64,000 bases of DNA, taken from Minisyncoccota bacterium. Lineage in GTDB: Bacteria; Patescibacteriota; Minisyncoccia; Phycocordibacterales; UBA918. A model generated the notes under the pieces. The model ran no database searches and had not been told where the DNA came from. It saw nothing but the letters and a program-made list of their open reading frames with translations. The stretch is taken from contig JAWKSP010000001.1 of the NCBI GenBank assembly GCA_041389025.1, positions 128,002 to 192,001 of the forward strand. Reading direction: 5' to 3'. Positions 1 to 8,964 of the stretch are shown here, one piece after another; within the stretch, counting starts at the first letter, position 1; every line of letters starts with the position of its first letter. Made by a program: the position numbers and the translations under genes.

Positions 1-1011
1 AGTCTCAGCTTCTTGTCCGGTGATACCAAGTGAGCTGTATACGTCGGCGAGAAGCAAGTGATTGTCTGTACCACCCCCCAAGAGCCTAATACCAGCCGTC
101 TTAAAGACTAGCTCCATGGCTTTGGCGTTTTTGAGAATCTGTTTGGTGTAATCCTGAAAAGCTGGAGTTAAAGCTTCACCAAAAGCTACTGCTTTTGCGG
201 CCACGATATGCATATGTGGTCCACCTTGCATCCCTGGAAAAACTGACCGATTGATTTTCTTAGCAATTTCCTCATCTTCTCGAACTAAAATCATTCCACC
301 ACGTGGTCCGCGAAGAGTCTTATGTGTAGTGGTGGTGATCACATCAAATCCTGCATCAAAAGGGTTTTTAGCTACCCCACCAGCTATCAACCCAGCAATA
401 TGTGCCATATCAGCCACAGTGTACGCTCCTACTTCTTTGGCAATTTCGACAAATTTAACATAATCAAGTTCACGACTATAAGCGGAAAATCCAGCCAAAA
501 TAATTTTTGGTTTCTCTTTAAGAGCCACTGCTCTTAACTCATCATAATCAATCTCACCAGTGTCGACGTTTTTCATTTTGTAGCGAACAAAATTGAAAAC
601 TTTATTGATGGCGGTAGTTGGATGTCCATGAGTTAAGTGCCCACCATGACCCAAATCCATACCCAAAACAGTATCACCTGGTTCCATTAAAGCAAAGTAC
701 ATTGCAACATTAGCATTAGCACCACCTAGAGGCTGTACATTAGCAAATTTGGCGTTAAATAATTTTTTAGCTCTTTCGATTGCAACTGTTTCTACTACGT
801 CGGTAAACTCTTGTCCCCCATAATAACGTCTTCCTGGATAACCTTCAGAATATTTATTTGTAAAAACAGAACCATTTGCTTCCAAGACGGCTCTGGACAC
901 GTAGTTTTCACTCGGTATCAACTCCACTCCTTTTAATTCTCTTTCTTCTTCCCCTACCAAAGCGTTGTAGATTTCTGAATCTTGATCTTTAATAAATTTA
1001 TATTCGTTCAT
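1..1011 (-). CDS. glyA: Serine hydroxymethyltransferase, partial: N-terminal ~337 aa in window, 3' end lies beyond position 1
   Basis: Minus-strand translation from ATG at 1009-1011 reads MNEYKFIKDQDSEIYNALVGEEEREKGVELIPSENY...HKTLRGPRGGMIL, canonical SHMT including the PLP-lysine motif region. Confidence 0.9.
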   Translation of the reverse strand, partial: MNEYKFIKDQDSEIYNALVGEEERELKGVELIPSENYVSRAVLEANGSVFTNKYSEGYPGRRYYGGQEFTDVVETVAIERAKKLFNAKFANVQPLGGANANVAMYFALMEPGDTVLGMDLGHGGHLTHGHPTTAINKVFNFVRYKMKNVDTGEIDYDELRAVALKEKPKIILAGFSAYSRELDYVKFVEIAKEVGAYTVADMAHIAGLIAGGVAKNPFDAGFDVITTTTHKTLRGPRGGMILVREDEEIAKKINRSVFPGMQGGPHMHIVAAKAVAFGEALTPAFQDYTKQILKNAKAMELVFKTAGIRLLGGGTDNHLLLADVYSSLGITGQEAET

Positions 1012-1123
1012 AATAAATAGCTTAAAAGTGATAAATTCTTATCTTAACTGAGTTTCGAACGAGTAAATTTAAATCATAGTAGTTTAAGGTTATTGATAAG
1101 GATTATAACACAACAAAAATAAT

Positions 1124-2131
1124 CTACTTTTTCTCAAAGCCACCGATATTGGCGATTGGAGCTCGTAAAGATGCGTGAGATTGATAATTTTCCAGAATAA
1201 TATCATCCAAAGTAAAGCTATCAATATCTTTAATATCAGGCTTCAGCTTTAGATTAGGAAAAGGTAGTGGTTCACGAGTCAGCTGTTCTTTTACTTGATC
1301 AAAATGATTTGAGTAAATATGCACATCTCCAAAAGTATGTACAAATTCTCCAGCTGGCAAATCTACTACCTGAGCCACCATCTTAAGAAGCAAAGCGTAG
1401 CTAGCGATATTGAAAGGTACCCCTAAAAATAAATCTCCTGAACGTTGATATAAGCCTAAGTTTAACTTGCCGTTAGCTACTTGAAACTGATACATAGTGT
1501 GACAAAAAGGTGGAACCTGTGACTGCTGCCCTTCAGAAGCCATATCATAGATAAAATCCGGATTCCAAGCACTAACTACATAAGATTTACGATCTGGTTT
1601 TTTCTTTAAACCTTCAATTACCCAAGCCAACTGATCAATTTCTCGACCATCTTTGGCTGGCCACCTCCGCCACATTCGACCGTAGATAGTGATTAAATCT
1701 CCCCATTTTTGTACAAACGGATCACTCTCTGGTAAAGAAGCAATCTTGGCAATAAATTCATCTTGCTCCATATCTTCAGCAGGAGCATTTTCAAGCGCCC
1801 ACATGTGATACATCTTCCAAGCCCATTCATCCCAAATATGATTATTAGCATCAATCAATGGTTTTAAATTAGAGCTACCAGACAAAAACCATAAAAGTTC
1901 AGTGGTAATCCCTCGCCAAAAAGTTTTTTTAGTAGTTAGCAACGGAAATCCATCTTCTAAATTAAATCTAATCTGCCGACCAAATACCGAACGTATAAAA
2001 GGTGGTTTCTCTCCATTTTTTTTATACTGCTCTAAAACAACATCATTAAAAAATAACTCCTTATCAGCTCCATTGTCTAAAATATCCTGCATTAAATCTA
2101 AATATTGATACTCTGGGTGTTTTTTTGACAT
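1124..2131 (-). CDS. thyA: Thymidylate synthase (ThyA)
   Basis: 335-aa ORF; contains PPCH-type motif (VPPFCHTMYQFQV) and SGDLFLGVPFNIASYALLL characteristic of ThyA; ATG start. Confidence 0.93.
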   Translation of the reverse strand: MSKKHPEYQYLDLMQDILDNGADKELFFNDVVLEQYKKNGEKPPFIRSVFGRQIRFNLEDGFPLLTTKKTFWRGITTELLWFLSGSSNLKPLIDANNHIWDEWAWKMYHMWALENAPAEDMEQDEFIAKIASLPESDPFVQKWGDLITIYGRMWRRWPAKDGREIDQLAWVIEGLKKKPDRKSYVVSAWNPDFIYDMASEGQQSQVPPFCHTMYQFQVANGKLNLGLYQRSGDLFLGVPFNIASYALLLKMVAQVVDLPAGEFVHTFGDVHIYSNHFDQVKEQLTREPLPFPNLKLKPDIKDIDSFTLDDIILENYQSHASLRAPIANIGGFEKK

Positions 2132-2157
2132 GATTTTAAAAGTTATTATTTTTATAA

Positions 2158-2703
2158 TTATTTCTTCGGCTCCGCAAAGTGGTTAGAATTTTCACTATCA
2201 TAGCGCCCGACCTCCTCGTAAGACTTGCTAGTTGACGAAGAAAGCTTGGCAAATAAAAGCTGAGCAATATGCATCCCCGGACGAAGAATAATCGGGATAT
2301 TACTAGCATTCACCAACTCAAAAGTCGGATAAAACTTATGCCCCGGATTAAAGAGCATGGCGGTATTGTGTACCACGAGCCCTATCCTCGCCAAGCTACT
2401 CTTGCCAGAAAGTAGAATTAGGTGCTCGTTATCGACTCCAATAAACTCTCGCTGCTTTCCCAGCACATTCTCCCCCGGATGAAGTACGAATTCATTATCA
2501 TCATCAATACTAAATTTTCGGGTAGAAGGATAGATTTTTCTAGCCGGATCAGACGCTTGTACTAAGTGTCTGTCCACCACCTCAAATTCATTACCTAAAG
2601 TTACATCGTAACTAGCTAGCTGAAGTTGTTCTTCGTTAAACGGCTCTATAGTCAAACTACCAGATTTTATTCCTTTAATAATATCTACATCCGAAAGAAA
2701 CAT
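2158..2703 (-). CDS. dcd: dCTP deaminase
   Basis: 181 aa with GKSSLARIGL and dUTPase-fold trimer motifs; immediately downstream of thyA on same strand. Confidence 0.85.
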   Translation of the reverse strand: MFLSDVDIIKGIKSGSLTIEPFNEEQLQLASYDVTLGNEFEVVDRHLVQASDPARKIYPSTRKFSIDDDNEFVLHPGENVLGKQREFIGVDNEHLILLSGKSSLARIGLVVHNTAMLFNPGHKFYPTFELVNASNIPIILRPGMHIAQLLFAKLSSSTSKSYEEVGRYDSENSNHFAEPKK

Positions 2704-2714
2704 AAAAAAATAAA

Positions 2715-3389
2715 TTACTCGACAGTAAAAGTCTTATCAGTACCATAATAATCAGGCCAGTTTTTATTATAAAAAGCAAACATGCGAGCTAGACGGTCTT
2801 GTGATAATTCCTCTACTCCAAGCTCAACCATTATAGCTTCCAGATTACCCTTAACTTTATCGAGACTATCTTCATCTTCGGTCACTGTCTCAAATTCCGC
2901 CAAATAACCATAGCCAGCGTTACAATCAATACATACCGACACATCTTTGTACTCGTATTCATTACGATCACGCGACCACTTAGCTTCGTATGCAAAGCCA
3001 GCCTCTAGTACCAGCTGATCAAGCTCGTCTAAAGTAACAGCCACCGGTTCTTCAAACTCCATTCTCGAGACAGTATTACTACTGGTACCCCCATCAATAG
3101 AAGCCTTTACTACCAATAAAACCTCGTCGTTCTTTTGTCGGCTACGTACAGAAAAGTCAGATCCCTTATCGGCAATCTTTTTAAACTTATCATGCTGTTC
3201 GCCAACAAATAAATGCTCGACTTTTTCGTAAAGTTTGTGTAAATCACCACCGGTAAAATAGTGGTTGAGTTGGCTATTATGAGCAGTTTTCTTGAAGTTT
3301 GGATCCAGAGACCGCATTTTTTCTACTAATTCATCCGCCTTAGCTTTTTCTCCAAGTAAACTCTTAATTTCTATTTCAAAGTGTGCCAT
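2715..3389 (-). CDS. CYTH-domain protein (CyaB/thiamine-triphosphatase-like fold), start taken at ATG 3389 rather than the TTG at 3413
   Basis: N-terminal HFEIEIKSL resembles the CYTH EXEXK motif; remainder not recognised; same operon as thyA-dcd. Confidence 0.45.
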   Translation of the reverse strand: MAHFEIEIKSLLGEKAKADELVEKMRSLDPNFKKTAHNSQLNHYFTGGDLHKLYEKVEHLFVGEQHDKFKKIADKGSDFSVRSRQKNDEVLLVVKASIDGGTSSNTVSRMEFEEPVAVTLDELDQLVLEAGFAYEAKWSRDRNEYEYKDVSVCIDCNAGYGYLAEFETVTEDEDSLDKVKGNLEAIMVELGVEELSQDRLARMFAFYNKNWPDYYGTDKTFTVE

Positions 3390-3465
3390 AGTAGATGAAT
3401 TATAACAGACCAAGCCGAGGAGAAAATGCGACAGTAATAAAAATCTATGCCATAATCAGAATATT

Positions 3466-3978
3466 ATGGAAAAACCTAAAGTACCAGTAGTGATAGTAGC
3501 GGCCATGAGTCAAGGAAAACACGTGATTGGTAAAGAAAATAAACTACTCTGGCATGCACCAGAAGATTTAAAACGTTTTAAATCTCTAACTCTAGGACAT
3601 CCAGTAATCATGGGAAGAAAAACCTTTGAGTCAATTATAGAAATACTGGGTAAACCCTTACCTGGCCGCACCAACATAGTTATTACCAGAAATCCTAATT
3701 ATCACCACGAAGGTATCATAACCACAACCTCGCTCGAAGAAGCTTTTGCGGTGGCTGAAAAAGAAAACCCTACCGAAATTCATATCGGTGGTGGTGCGGA
3801 AATTTACCGACAAGCTCTACCATATGTAGACCGCCTACATCTAACTTTTTTTGATGATGAACCAGAAGGCGACACTTTCTTCCCCGACTTTACCCAGGAT
3901 TTTGTCGAAACAAAAAAACACCCTTCGCAAGAATACGAAGGGTTGAAATATCAGTGGGTAGATTTTGAAAGAAAGTAA
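3466..3978 (+). CDS. folA: Dihydrofolate reductase
   Basis: 170 aa; VIVAAMSQGKHVIG...LLWHAPEDLKRFKSLTLGHPVIMGRKTFESI matches DHFR signature; divergent from the thyA operon. Confidence 0.88.
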   Translation: MEKPKVPVVIVAAMSQGKHVIGKENKLLWHAPEDLKRFKSLTLGHPVIMGRKTFESIIEILGKPLPGRTNIVITRNPNYHHEGIITTTSLEEAFAVAEKENPTEIHIGGGAEIYRQALPYVDRLHLTFFDDEPEGDTFFPDFTQDFVETKKHPSQEYEGLKYQWVDFERK

Positions 3979-3991
3979 GTTAATTCTAAAC

Positions 3992-4402
3992 TTAAATTAG
4001 ATTATTTTCAACCAAAATCTCTTTTATTGTTTTTCCATCAGGTTCAATACAAAAACCTAACTCTGCAAATTGTAATAAAATATCATCTGTAAAATCATAA
4101 AAATCATTTTCATGGACAAATTCTCGCTCCTTATCTTGCTCCATGTATACAAAAAGATATATCTTTTCTTGATATAAAAAATACTCATAATTAATTACCT
4201 TTAATTTTTCAAAAGAAGGATTCAAACTAGTACAAATTACCACACGACCAATCGATGGAATCATCTCTACAGGCCAAGGTAAACAAACAAGTACAGTTTC
4301 ACTATAAATATAATCATCAAGAACTTCAATATATTTTTGCGAAATTTTTTCAAAACTCACTGCAATACGTAAGTACACAGCAATATTTTTTGTATTCTTC
4401 AC
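3992..4402 (-). CDS. Hypothetical protein
   Basis: 136-aa ORF, no recognisable motif; sits where rplA would normally follow rplK. Confidence 0.3.
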   Translation of the reverse strand: MKNTKNIAVYLRIAVSFEKISQKYIEVLDDYIYSETVLVCLPWPVEMIPSIGRVVICTSLNPSFEKLKVINYEYFLYQEKIYLFVYMEQDKEREFVHENDFYDFTDDILLQFAELGFCIEPDGKTIKEILVENNLI

Positions 4403-4472
4403 GCTTCTCTCCTTGTATTTTTATACAACAAAAATTTAACACATAAATAGAATTTTTCAAGTGCAACACACC

Positions 4473-4500
4473 AAAGGCCGGCGCGTAGCGCCGACCTTTT
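4473..4500. terminator. GC-rich hairpin (GGCCGGCGC/GCGCCGACC, one mismatch) followed by TTTT; candidate terminator downstream of rplK
   Basis: Read directly from sequence. Confidence 0.4.
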
Positions 4501-4523
4501 GTGTTGCTATTTTAAAGAATCTA

Positions 4524-4949
4524 TTACCCTTCAACATTAACCCCCATTGAACGAGCAGTTCCCTCTACCGTCTTCATAGCAGCTTCAATTGAAGCAGCGT
4601 TTAGGTCAGGCATTTTTTCTTCCGCGATCTCTTTTACCTGAACTTTAGTCAGAGTACCAGCTCTTGAAACCTTATTTTTACCAGAACCTTTTGGTTTACC
4701 AAGTTTTTTCAAAATAAGACGTGACATCGGTGATACTTTAGTGATAAAAGTAAAACTTCGGTCATCATATACAGATATTTCTACCGGTACTATCTCACCC
4801 ATTTTCTCACGAGTTTGTTCGTTAAATTGGTTTACAAATTCACCAATATTGATACCAGCCTGTCCAAGTACCGGACCTAGTGGTGGAGCTGGAGTAGCCT
4901 TACCACCCACAGCCTGTACTTTAATCTTTTTTACTAATTTTTTTGCCAT
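4524..4949 (-). CDS. rplK: 50S ribosomal protein L11
   Basis: 141 aa; AVGGKATPAPPLGPVLGQAGINI...KTPP region is diagnostic of L11. Confidence 0.93.
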   Translation of the reverse strand: MAKKLVKKIKVQAVGGKATPAPPLGPVLGQAGINIGEFVNQFNEQTREKMGEIVPVEISVYDDRSFTFITKVSPMSRLILKKLGKPKGSGKNKVSRAGTLTKVQVKEIAEEKMPDLNAASIEAAMKTVEGTARSMGVNVEG

Positions 4950-5096
4950 GTTTTATTAAAATTAAGATTTTATTGTTATTTTGAGCAGTCCGTTCCATAA
5001 CCAGACTTCTCATTAGAAGCCCGCGTATCGTACAAGAAAAATACACTTTTTGCAAGAAAATAAAAACTAGCTAAAGTGCATTTCTCCAACAAGAGA

Positions 5097-5549
5097 TTAT
5101 TTTATATTGTCATAGCCACAGACAATTTCTGTATCATTTTCAAGTATACCACTATTAGAAAAAGTTACGTCGCACATGTAGCTTGGTAGGACATTCGCCT
5201 TAAACACAATATGCCAGCTGTTATCATTTGTTTCAGGTAAAACCAGCTTCTTAGCAGTTACCGTCCAATAAATCTCTGTATCGACAGCTTCAGCCCATCT
5301 ATTAAAAACCTTATTTTCTTCAACCATTTTAGTTTTAACTTCATCCAATGAAAAAGCCGTGTATATTGCTTCCATATTAGTTATTGGTGGGAAATTAGCC
5401 GGTTTTTTTTCCAAGGAAGACAAATCATAGATTTTCAACTCCTCAGTTTCAAAATTAGAAACAGAATCACTAGATAAATACGCCAAATATATTATTGTCG
5501 GAAATAAGATTAGTAATAATATTATTGTTGTTATTTTGTAGACACTCAC
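5097..5549 (-). CDS. Hypothetical membrane-anchored protein
   Basis: 150 aa, one N-terminal TM helix, inserted between nusG and rplK. Confidence 0.4.
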   Translation of the reverse strand: MSVYKITTIILLLILFPTIIYLAYLSSDSVSNFETEELKIYDLSSLEKKPANFPPITNMEAIYTAFSLDEVKTKMVEENKVFNRWAEAVDTEIYWTVTAKKLVLPETNDNSWHIVFKANVLPSYMCDVTFSNSGILENDTEIVCGYDNIK

Positions 5550-5573
5550 TATATTTTAATAGTTATTTGCTCA

Positions 5574-6119
5574 TTACACTTTCTTAACCTGCAAGAAATC
5601 TAGTTCCACCGGAGTCTCACGTCCAAACATTGAAACCAAGACCTTCACTTTTCCGCTCTTCTCATCTACCTCACCAATTCGTCCTTCCAAGTCCTTAAAC
5701 GGTCCGTCAACGATATTTACAATATCACCAGTCGCTAAATCGACTTTATGCTTGATAGTGTCAGTCGACATTTGTTTTACCAAGGCATCGTATTCTTCTT
5801 TAGTAAGAGGTACTGGCTGAGTCCCACTTCCTACAAAACCAGTCACTCGAGGAGTATTCCTAACTACATACCAAGACTCGTCATCTACAATCATCTCTAC
5901 CAAGACATATCCTGGATATACTCTTTCTTCTTCGATTACTCGCTTACCCCCCTTGACCCTAATTTTCTTTTCAGTCGGTACGATTACATTGAAAATCTTA
6001 TCGTTCATTCCAAGTGAGTCGATGCGTTGCTTAAGATTACGAGTTACTGCATTTTCATAACCAGAGTAAGTATGAATCGCATACCACTGTCTTTCTCCGG
6101 TACCTTTTTGTTTTGCCAT
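5574..6119 (-). CDS. nusG: Transcription termination/antitermination factor NusG
   Basis: 181 aa; WYAIHTYSGYENAV...KOW motif GDIVNIVDGPFKDLEGRIGEVD. Confidence 0.9.
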   Translation of the reverse strand: MAKQKGTGERQWYAIHTYSGYENAVTRNLKQRIDSLGMNDKIFNVIVPTEKKIRVKGGKRVIEEERVYPGYVLVEMIVDDESWYVVRNTPRVTGFVGSGTQPVPLTKEEYDALVKQMSTDTIKHKVDLATGDIVNIVDGPFKDLEGRIGEVDEKSGKVKVLVSMFGRETPVELDFLQVKKV

Positions 6120-6132
6120 AGAAAATATAAAA

Positions 6133-6321
6133 TTAAACTCGACCAGTAATAAACTGAATGCCTAGATTGAAAATGTAATCAAAAGCACCCAAAAATAGTG
6201 ACACTACTAAAGATATAACAATCACTAAAACTGTATAGAAAAAAGCTTGCTTTTGGGACGGCCAGCTAACCTGTTTCATTTCAGCGGCAGTATCGCGTAA
6301 ATAGTTACTAAAGTTGCTCAT
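6133..6321 (-). CDS. secE: Preprotein translocase subunit SecE, start taken at internal ATG
   Basis: 62 aa from MSNFSNYLRDTAAEMKQVSWPS with single C-terminal TM helix; canonical secE-nusG-rplK order. Confidence 0.7.
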   Translation of the reverse strand: MSNFSNYLRDTAAEMKQVSWPSQKQAFFYTVLVIVISLVVSLFLGAFDYIFNLGIQFITGRV

Positions 6322-6475
6322 ATAAATAATCTTACAAAATAAAAACGCCTCTGTGCGAATTGAACACATTATACTCCTGTTTTAAATATTGTCAAAAATC
6401 TTGCAAAACAACCTTAAACTCTAGCCAAATGTTTATATATGAATACAAACAAATTAAGTCCTAAGCTTAAAAGAA

Positions 6476-6512
6476 AAACAGAGTGGTCTTTAACCACTCT
6501 GTTTTTCTTTTT
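6476..6512. terminator. Intrinsic terminator hairpin (AAAACAGAGTGG/CCACTCTGTTTT) flanked by A/T runs, bidirectional
   Basis: Perfect 12-bp stem; separates the SIMPL/metzincin genes from the secE operon. Confidence 0.55.
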
Positions 6513-6531
6513 TAAGCTTTTATCACCCAAC

Positions 6532-7326
6532 CTATCGCACCTGATAAGTAATATTAACATTACTAGTCACAGTATTTTCTCCAGCGGCCACTGATACTGA
6601 ATCAAGACTGGCGTTTTTCACCATAGCTTCTTCTGCCATATCACCACCATAACCATAATATGGCATTGGACCATTTTCATTTTCATAGTAACCAACCATT
6701 TTTACCACACGCACTCCAAGCTCTGAGGCTAACGTCTTGGCTTTGGCTTTGGCATCAGCAATCGCTATAGCCCTAGCTTGCTCCTTTAAAATATCAGTGT
6801 CATCGATGGTGAATTGCAAACCACTGATATTGGTTGCACCAAAATCTCCCACTCCAGCCAATAACATACCCGCCTTATCCAAATCTCGCACCTTTACTGT
6901 TACCATTTGATTGACCTCAAAACCGTCCTGAACACGATTCGGTGAACAATACTGTCCTTCAACACAAAGCTGGTTTTCATAACGGTATTTTGGATTAAGA
7001 TTATAAAAACTAGTTTTTATATCTTTTTCTTCAACTCCGTTATTTTTTAGATAATCAAAAATAGTTTTTATTTTAGAGTCTGAAGCTTGTTGCGCGCTAC
7101 CAGCATCCTCGCCTTCAGCCATAACTGAAAAATTAAACTGGCCAATATCTGGGGTGGCTTTTACTTCTCCCGTTCCCAATACAGTGATAGTAGTTGGTCC
7201 ACTGTACATATATTTTGCCTGCTTTAATGTATAGCCAGCATACGCAATTAGAGATACTAAAAGTGCAATCAACACCAATGACCCTAAAGTACGATTTGTC
7301 TTTGAACTAAAAAAAGATGGTTCCAT
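6532..7326 (-). CDS. SIMPL-domain (DUF541, 26 kDa periplasmic immunogenic protein family) secreted protein
   Basis: 264 aa; N-terminal TM; ...GVGDFGATNISGLQFTIDDTDILKEQARAIAIADAKAKAKTLA matches SIMPL family. Confidence 0.65.
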   Translation of the reverse strand: MEPSFFSSKTNRTLGSLVLIALLVSLIAYAGYTLKQAKYMYSGPTTITVLGTGEVKATPDIGQFNFSVMAEGEDAGSAQQASDSKIKTIFDYLKNNGVEEKDIKTSFYNLNPKYRYENQLCVEGQYCSPNRVQDGFEVNQMVTVKVRDLDKAGMLLAGVGDFGATNISGLQFTIDDTDILKEQARAIAIADAKAKAKTLASELGVRVVKMVGYYENENGPMPYYGYGGDMAEEAMVKNASLDSVSVAAGENTVTSNVNITYQVR

Positions 7327-7362
7327 AAAAAATTAAATAAAATTGCTAAATTATTGATAAAT

Positions 7363-8316
7363 TTAAAATACTGAATTTATTAAGTACTTAACTTTATGAG
7401 AAAATCCTGTCCCATCACCACAGACTTCCACCAAAGCGACCTTGTCTGGTTCTGATAAAACTAAAGAACCGGATTCTTCATCCATTAAATAGTACATGAT
7501 AGATTCGTTACCTTCAACATGTTCTATTCCGAGTGAATGACCAAACTCATGCGCCAACACTCTTGATAGCTCTGTTTCATTACTGAATTTATAGATGTTT
7601 ATCCTTTCTCGCTTAAAATCTCCTTGGGTAAATACTTCTCGATTACCAAATATTTCATTGTATTCTTTAACATTTTGATTATACTTTTCTATCACCAAGT
7701 TTACCTCCTCTCCTTTCTTGTTTATATCATTAACTAAACTATTTAAGTTATTTTCCGCTATTATTAAATCTGACATTATTTCAGATAAATACTCTTGTTC
7801 TTTTTGTAACTCTTTATACTTGTTTTCAGGCGCTCCACCCTGACTGTTGTAGTCTTCAACTTTTTTGTTATAGGTAGCCAATCTGTTCTCATAAGTCCCG
7901 CGTTGTTTTTTGTATTCACTTTCAACCTTTTTATACTCTTCGTTCATTTGATTTACTTCTTCCAGTAATTCTTTACCGTATTTCTCTTCCTCGTCTAAAC
8001 TAATTCTCCACTCTTCTTCAGTTCGAACCAACTGCTGTCTTTCATCATAAATAAAATTTACCGTAAACTTAGAAGCAGGATCATAGATAAATAAGTCCCT
8101 GCCAGCCGTCTTTTCCCATAAAGCTTCAACTCTCTCAAGGATAACTTTGATTTCATCCTCTTCAATTTCAAACCGGTCATCTACACTACCAACACTGTAT
8201 TTAATTGGAGCCGGACAAATATTAGCTGAACTGGTGTACCAAAAACTGGTTACAGATATTAAAATAAAAATAATTGTAATAATTAACAGCTGTGGCATAT
8301 GTACGATATAAATCAT
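7363..8316 (-). CDS. Membrane-anchored metzincin (matrixin/M10-like) zinc metalloprotease with coiled-coil region; start ambiguous (GTG 8346 / ATG 8316 / ATG 8298)
   Basis: HEFGHSLGIEH (HEXXHXXGXXH) followed by Met-turn SIMYY; N-terminal TM; long K/E-rich coiled coil. Confidence 0.6.
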   Translation of the reverse strand: MIYIVHMPQLLIITIIFILISVTSFWYTSSANICPAPIKYSVGSVDDRFEIEEDEIKVILERVEALWEKTAGRDLFIYDPASKFTVNFIYDERQQLVRTEEEWRISLDEEEKYGKELLEEVNQMNEEYKKVESEYKKQRGTYENRLATYNKKVEDYNSQGGAPENKYKELQKEQEYLSEIMSDLIIAENNLNSLVNDINKKGEEVNLVIEKYNQNVKEYNEIFGNREVFTQGDFKRERINIYKFSNETELSRVLAHEFGHSLGIEHVEGNESIMYYLMDEESGSLVLSEPDKVALVEVCGDGTGFSHKVKYLINSVF

Positions 8317-8348
8317 ACCATTTTTTTGAGATAAGCCACCAAACACAA

Positions 8349-8408
8349 AAGCCTGATGGCGGGGACTGCGTTGTCGCGAAACGTAGTCCCTGCCATCAGG
8401 CTTTTCTT
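8349..8408. terminator. Long hairpin AAAGCCTGATGGC(A)GGGACT...AGTCCCTGCCATCAGGCTTTTC
   Basis: About 20-bp near-perfect inverted repeat with T-run; between 8675..8884 ORF and metzincin start. Confidence 0.4.
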
Positions 8409-8674
8409 ACGTATACATAATACACCGTCGAGTAACTTAAAATAGTTAGCTTTCAACAGTATCAAAAAAAATAAAAGCCGGTTGTTACACCGACTTTTGT
8501 ATGGATAAAAAAATAAAATCAGACTCTTCTTTTCCTTATTTGAAGACTTTTTTTAACATGTCTTTCTTTAACTCTTTCTTTTAACAGCATTACCTTTAGA
8601 GGAAAGCCAAAAAATCTTCTTTTGTATTTCTCTAAAAGAGCTAATGGGAATAGTAAGCTCATTATCACTCCCTC

Positions 8675-8884
8675 CTATTTATCTTCACCATAGACACTAG
8701 GTCTAATTTTTTGGTATTTAAAACCTATTTTGTCTTCAGGGTTTACTTGAGAATCAATATGAGAATCAACAGTAATTGGTCTACCTACGGTCTCATATCT
8801 TATTTTTTTAGTAGAATCGCCTTTAGAACTATCAGTTTCATCTATTTCTTCTTTCAACTTTTTTCTCCTTACTTCTTTGTACAA
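8675..8884 (-). CDS. Small hypothetical ORF (low confidence)
   Basis: 69 aa, K/E/D rich, no motif. Confidence 0.2.
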   Translation of the reverse strand: MYKEVRRKKLKEEIDETDSSKGDSTKKIRYETVGRPITVDSHIDSQVNPEDKIGFKYQKIRPSVYGEDK

Positions 8885-8964
8885 AAAACAGCCCTTACTA
8901 TAAATTTGTGCTTTGCTAAAGTCAAATCAATAATGAAAGTGGCGACCAACGGTCGCCACTTTCA

